From an uncultured Verrucomicrobiae bacterium (GTDB taxonomy: Bacteria; Verrucomicrobiota; Verrucomicrobiia; Chthoniobacterales; UBA10450), in contig CAVYXA010000003.1 in NCBI GenBank assembly GCA_963772365.1, forward strand, positions 128,001 to 192,000: a DNA stretch of 64,000 nucleotides. Direction: 5' to 3'. The notes beneath the pieces were generated by a model that saw only the letters and a program-made list of their open reading frames with translations, did not search any database and had not been told where the DNA came from. The translations under genes were made by a program, and so were the position numbers. Below are positions 60,543-64,000 of this stretch, piece by piece (position 1 is the first letter of the stretch; the number at the start of each line of letters is the position of its first letter).

Positions 60543-62513
60543 ATGATTCATCGCATTCGAATTCCCGCCGTTATTTTCGCCGGTTTCCTTCTGTCTTCAC
60601 TATCATGCGCAGCGTCTGGTCTGGCTCCTGTTTGGGACCCTACTAGCTCGGGACCATTGGAAAGATACGACAATCCGCCCATTTACATTTACCGGACGGA
60701 GACGTCGCCACGAATGGTGTCGCGGTTTGGCTCGTTCATAAGTTATCAGGCAAATGTTGATGCGAACGGGAACAATATTGTCGGCGACGCGGCCAATGAG
60801 CCATCGATCGCTGTCGATCCTGCAAATCGCAACAACATGGTGATCACCTGGCGGCAATTCGATAGTGTGTTCTCGAATTTCCGGGAGTCCGGTTGGGCTT
60901 ATACCAGCAACGCCGGCGTGAACTGGACCTTCCCGGGTGTTCTGCAGGACAATATTTTCCGCAGCGATCCGGTGGCAGACGCCGATGAAACCGGCCGATT
61001 TTTCTATCTCAGTCTTCAATCCGACACGAACCAATCGTTTTTTTGCGATGACGTGTGGCGTTCAACAAACGGTGGCCAAAGCTGGACTCAAGGAGGGCCG
61101 GGGCACGGAGGAGACAAGGAATGGTTCACCATCGATACGACGAATAGTAGCGGGCACGGCTTTCAGTACCAATATTGGACCGCTTTCTTCAATTGCGATG
61201 GGGGAGCATTCAGCCGATCCACCGACGGCGGCATCAGTTGGATGACTCCGATTGGCACACCCAATAATATTCAGCACGGAACGCTCGATGTTGATACGAA
61301 CGGCAATATGTTTCTTGGCGGCGTAGTTGGGAATGGTTTTCAGTGCATCCGGTCGAGCAACGCCAAGAACGGGGGCGTTACACCGACGTTCGATCGAATC
61401 ACTTCGGTCAACCTCGGAGGTAGCGAAGTGGGTGGCGGAATAAATCCCGCCGGTCTTATCGGTCAGGCATTTCTGGCAGTGGACCGTTCCGGCACTGCGA
61501 CCAACAACTACATTTACATGCTGTGTAGTGTTCAACCGACCGGCGCGAACAACGGCAGCGATGTGATGTTTTCGCGGAGCACGGATGGCGGAGTGACCTT
61601 TAGCGCGCCGCACCGGATCAACGACGATCCCGTAAACCATAACAAATGGCACTGGTTTGGCACGCTGGCAGTTGCGCCTAACGGACGGATCGATTGTGTG
61701 TGGCTCGACACCCGCAATGCCGCCAACAACACCGATTCGCAACTATTCTACTCATACAGCACCGATGGCGGCGCGACGTGGGCGGCCAATCTCGCCGTGA
61801 GCAATTCTTTTATTCCTTCCGAAGGTTATCCGAATCAGAACAAAATCGGCGATTACATCACGATCGTGTCGGACAATACCGGCGGCAATGTGGCCTATTC
61901 GGCCACGTTCAATTTCAACGCGAGCCGTGGTCAGCACGAAGAGGACGTTTATTACGTGCGAGTGGCACCGCCGGGACTGCCGGTGGCGCAAAGTGCTGTG
62001 TCGCGAAAAGTACATGGAGGAGCCGGCACCTTCGATGTCGATCTTGGAGTAAGCGGGCCGCCGGGAATCGAATGTCGCAGTGGCGGAGCCACCAACGATT
62101 ATACGATAGTGGTGACTTTCGCTGATCCCGTGACAGTGAACGGAAATCCGCAAGCGCAGGTGATCGCCGGAACGGGAATTGTCGGCAGCGGCGGAGTAAG
62201 CAATGGCGGCATGGTGACAGTGAGCGGTAACACGGTCACGATTCCTTTGACCAATGTAGCCAACGCGCAGACGATCACGGTGCGACTTAATTCAGTAAAT
62301 GGCGTAGCCAATGTGGATATTGGAATGAGTGTGTTAGTGGGCGACGTGAATGGAAATGCGACAGTAAATTCTTCCGATGTCAGCCAGACGAAGTCGCAGA
62401 TCGGTCAGGCAGTAACCGGATCCAATTTCCGAACGGACGTAAACGCCAACGGCACGATTAATTCCACTGATGCTTCGCAAGTAAAAGCAAACGTCGGGAC
62501 GGGCCTGCCGTAA
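60543..62513 (+). CDS. secreted BNR/Asp-box (sialidase-like) protein with C-terminal Ig-like and dockerin domains
   Basis: Repeated S.DGG.TW/F boxes; GDVNGNATVNSSD...DVNANGTINSTD dockerin duplication. Confidence 0.82.
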   Translation: MIHRIRIPAVIFAGFLLSSLSCAASGLAPVWDPTSSGPLERYDNPPIYIYRTETSPRMVSRFGSFISYQANVDANGNNIVGDAANEPSIAVDPANRNNMVITWRQFDSVFSNFRESGWAYTSNAGVNWTFPGVLQDNIFRSDPVADADETGRFFYLSLQSDTNQSFFCDDVWRSTNGGQSWTQGGPGHGGDKEWFTIDTTNSSGHGFQYQYWTAFFNCDGGAFSRSTDGGISWMTPIGTPNNIQHGTLDVDTNGNMFLGGVVGNGFQCIRSSNAKNGGVTPTFDRITSVNLGGSEVGGGINPAGLIGQAFLAVDRSGTATNNYIYMLCSVQPTGANNGSDVMFSRSTDGGVTFSAPHRINDDPVNHNKWHWFGTLAVAPNGRIDCVWLDTRNAANNTDSQLFYSYSTDGGATWAANLAVSNSFIPSEGYPNQNKIGDYITIVSDNTGGNVAYSATFNFNASRGQHEEDVYYVRVAPPGLPVAQSAVSRKVHGGAGTFDVDLGVSGPPGIECRSGGATNDYTIVVTFADPVTVNGNPQAQVIAGTGIVGSGGVSNGGMVTVSGNTVTIPLTNVANAQTITVRLNSVNGVANVDIGMSVLVGDVNGNATVNSSDVSQTKSQIGQAVTGSNFRTDVNANGTINSTDASQVKANVGTGLP

Positions 62514-62529
62514 GCAGCATTGCCATGTG

Positions 62530-62560
62530 AAGGTCAGCTCCAGTTGTGGCGGACCTTTTT
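62530..62560 (+). terminator. possible intrinsic terminator
   Basis: aaggtc.gc...gc.gacctt followed by a T run. Confidence 0.45.
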
Positions 62561-62575
62561 ACGCAAAAAGAAAGA

Positions 62576-62605
62576 TTGACATTCAAGGTCTGGTCTCAAT
62601 AGCCT
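62576..62605 (+). promoter_or_regulatory. possible sigma-70 promoter
   Basis: TTGACA-N18-TAGCCT upstream of ATG 62672. Confidence 0.45.
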
Positions 62606-62671
62606 TCAAAATGTCGCACGGCAACGTGGCGGCACGTTCAGAATTTAAAAAAAATCTAGGAAACCATTAAA

Positions 62672-64000
62672 ATGAAAAGACTAATCAACTCCGCTATTGT
62701 TCCGCACCTTGTTAGGGGTGCGTTCTCGCTTGGTTTAATTGTAGTCGCCATCCAGTTGATGATTCCGCTCGCTCTTGGCCAGAGAAAGAGTGGCGGTAAT
62801 CTTCAGACTCCGGAAGGCTCCGGTTGTAGTTGGAGCGCCGGCCCCAGCATGCCATCGGTGCTCGTCCGCTCAGTCGGTGTTTACCTTCCGTCCACTGGAC
62901 ACTTTTACGCCATGGGCGGCCGCACGTCCGATGTTGCAGGCAGCGATGTGCAGAATCCGCGTGAATACGATCCCGGAACAAACACTTGGGCGATACGCTC
63001 CGAGACAACGCCCGACAATCAGATGAATAATATGGCTTGCGGAGTACTAACGGACGCTGGAACACAGTGGATTTATTGCGTCGGCGGTTCAGCCGCGGGC
63101 GCGACGACAGCAACGGCGCGGACGTTTCGCTTTAATCCGGTAACCGGGGCAATGGAAAACCTCGGGGGGACATGGCCCGGTGATGCGGACGGGATCACAC
63201 TTCCGGGAGGATTCGCAGTTTTCAATAACAAGCTTTATCTATTCGGCGGATTCCAGATCAACACCTCGATGAAGAATGGAATCTGGGAATTTACGCCTGG
63301 GACAAACACCTGGGTGACCAAGACTGCCACGCTGCCAGTTGGGCTCGGCTACATTCCCACGGCAACCGTTGGGAGCCTGATCTACATGGCTGGCGGTAGC
63401 ACATGGGACGGAACAACCATCAACGACGACAGCAGCTCGGTCGCCTACAATCCAACGACCGACATGATCTCTTCCATTGCCACCATACCCAGAGTGACGT
63501 CTGAGACGCGGGCGCTGACTTACGCTGGCAAAGTGCGGGTTCTCGGAGGGGGCCGCACGCCGCCGAATCCGAACAACGAGGTGGACGTCTATGATCCGGG
63601 TACAAATATGTGGTCGCTCGGAACGCCGTTTACGACACCGCGTCGCAACTTCCCAGCCGATTCGGATGGCTCCACCATCTGGCTGGCTGGCGGCTACGAC
63701 AGTAGTGGCGTAACCCCGTTGGACAGCATGGAGATCTTCACCTGTAGTGCCCCTACGTTAACCGGTGCGGTCTCTCGTAAGACACACACGGGAGTAGGTC
63801 CCTTCGACATCAGTTTGCCAGCGAATACCGAGTGTCGCACGGGCGGCGCAACCAATGATTTCACGATTGTCGCTACGTTCAGTGGGCCGGTGACCGTTAA
63901 TGGTAGCCCGCAGGCGGCGGTGATCGCGGGAACCGGGTGTGTTGGATCTGGAGGCGTGTGCATGGGTGGAACCAATGTAACCATTAGCGGCAATGATGTG
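62672..64000 (+). CDS. secreted Kelch-repeat protein, partial (runs off the window)
   Basis: Frame from ATG 62672, absent from the ORF track because it has no stop in the window: signal peptide, repeats FYAMGG...YDP..NTW and YLFGG...WEFTP..NTW, then the same AVSRK.H module as the upstream gene. Confidence 0.82.
   Translation, partial: MKRLINSAIVPHLVRGAFSLGLIVVAIQLMIPLALGQRKSGGNLQTPEGSGCSWSAGPSMPSVLVRSVGVYLPSTGHFYAMGGRTSDVAGSDVQNPREYDPGTNTWAIRSETTPDNQMNNMACGVLTDAGTQWIYCVGGSAAGATTATARTFRFNPVTGAMENLGGTWPGDADGITLPGGFAVFNNKLYLFGGFQINTSMKNGIWEFTPGTNTWVTKTATLPVGLGYIPTATVGSLIYMAGGSTWDGTTINDDSSSVAYNPTTDMISSIATIPRVTSETRALTYAGKVRVLGGGRTPPNPNNEVDVYDPGTNMWSLGTPFTTPRRNFPADSDGSTIWLAGGYDSSGVTPLDSMEIFTCSAPTLTGAVSRKTHTGVGPFDISLPANTECRTGGATNDFTIVATFSGPVTVNGSPQAAVIAGTGCVGSGGVCMGGTNVTISGNDV

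Overview
This window is chromosomal DNA, most likely from a Verrucomicrobiota member of the Chthoniobacterales/Spartobacteria. The evidence is a Verru_Chthon pilin-like cassette, VPDSG/PEP-CTERM proteins, futalosine-pathway mqnC, and proteasome genes (arc, dop) in a Gram-negative context (bamA, skp). Most genes are housekeeping or envelope genes: arc, dop, vapBC, guaA, aat, tRNA-Phe, pilT/pilU, dmpA, dnaX, ybaB, moaA/moaC/mog, ubiD, hpnD, lepA/lepB, bamA/skp, mqnC, agmatine deiminase, a class A PBP, GH25 and dockerin-tailed secreted proteins. Many conserved or essential genes are broken by single-base indels, which looks like an unpolished long-read assembly, so their coordinates are approximate. 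The most interesting signals are below gene scale. (1) A REP-associated tyrosine transposase (RAYT) with perfect inverted REPs sits between arc and dop. (2) Two distinct 30-nt palindromic micro-elements are inserted in frame inside unrelated proteins (UbiD, a MidA-like methyltransferase, DmpA, agmatine deiminase); one has a filled/empty-site pair within the window. (3) GTAG-type REPs lie inside moaA and dnaX and supply stop codons to three genes. (4) A PEP-CTERM gene with its own sigma-54 promoter and enhancer is flanked by a diverged duplicate of the neighbouring gene's 3' end. (5) Two secreted proteins share a C-terminal module, which is followed by a dockerin in the complete one. All family calls come from motif recognition by eye; no database searches were run.
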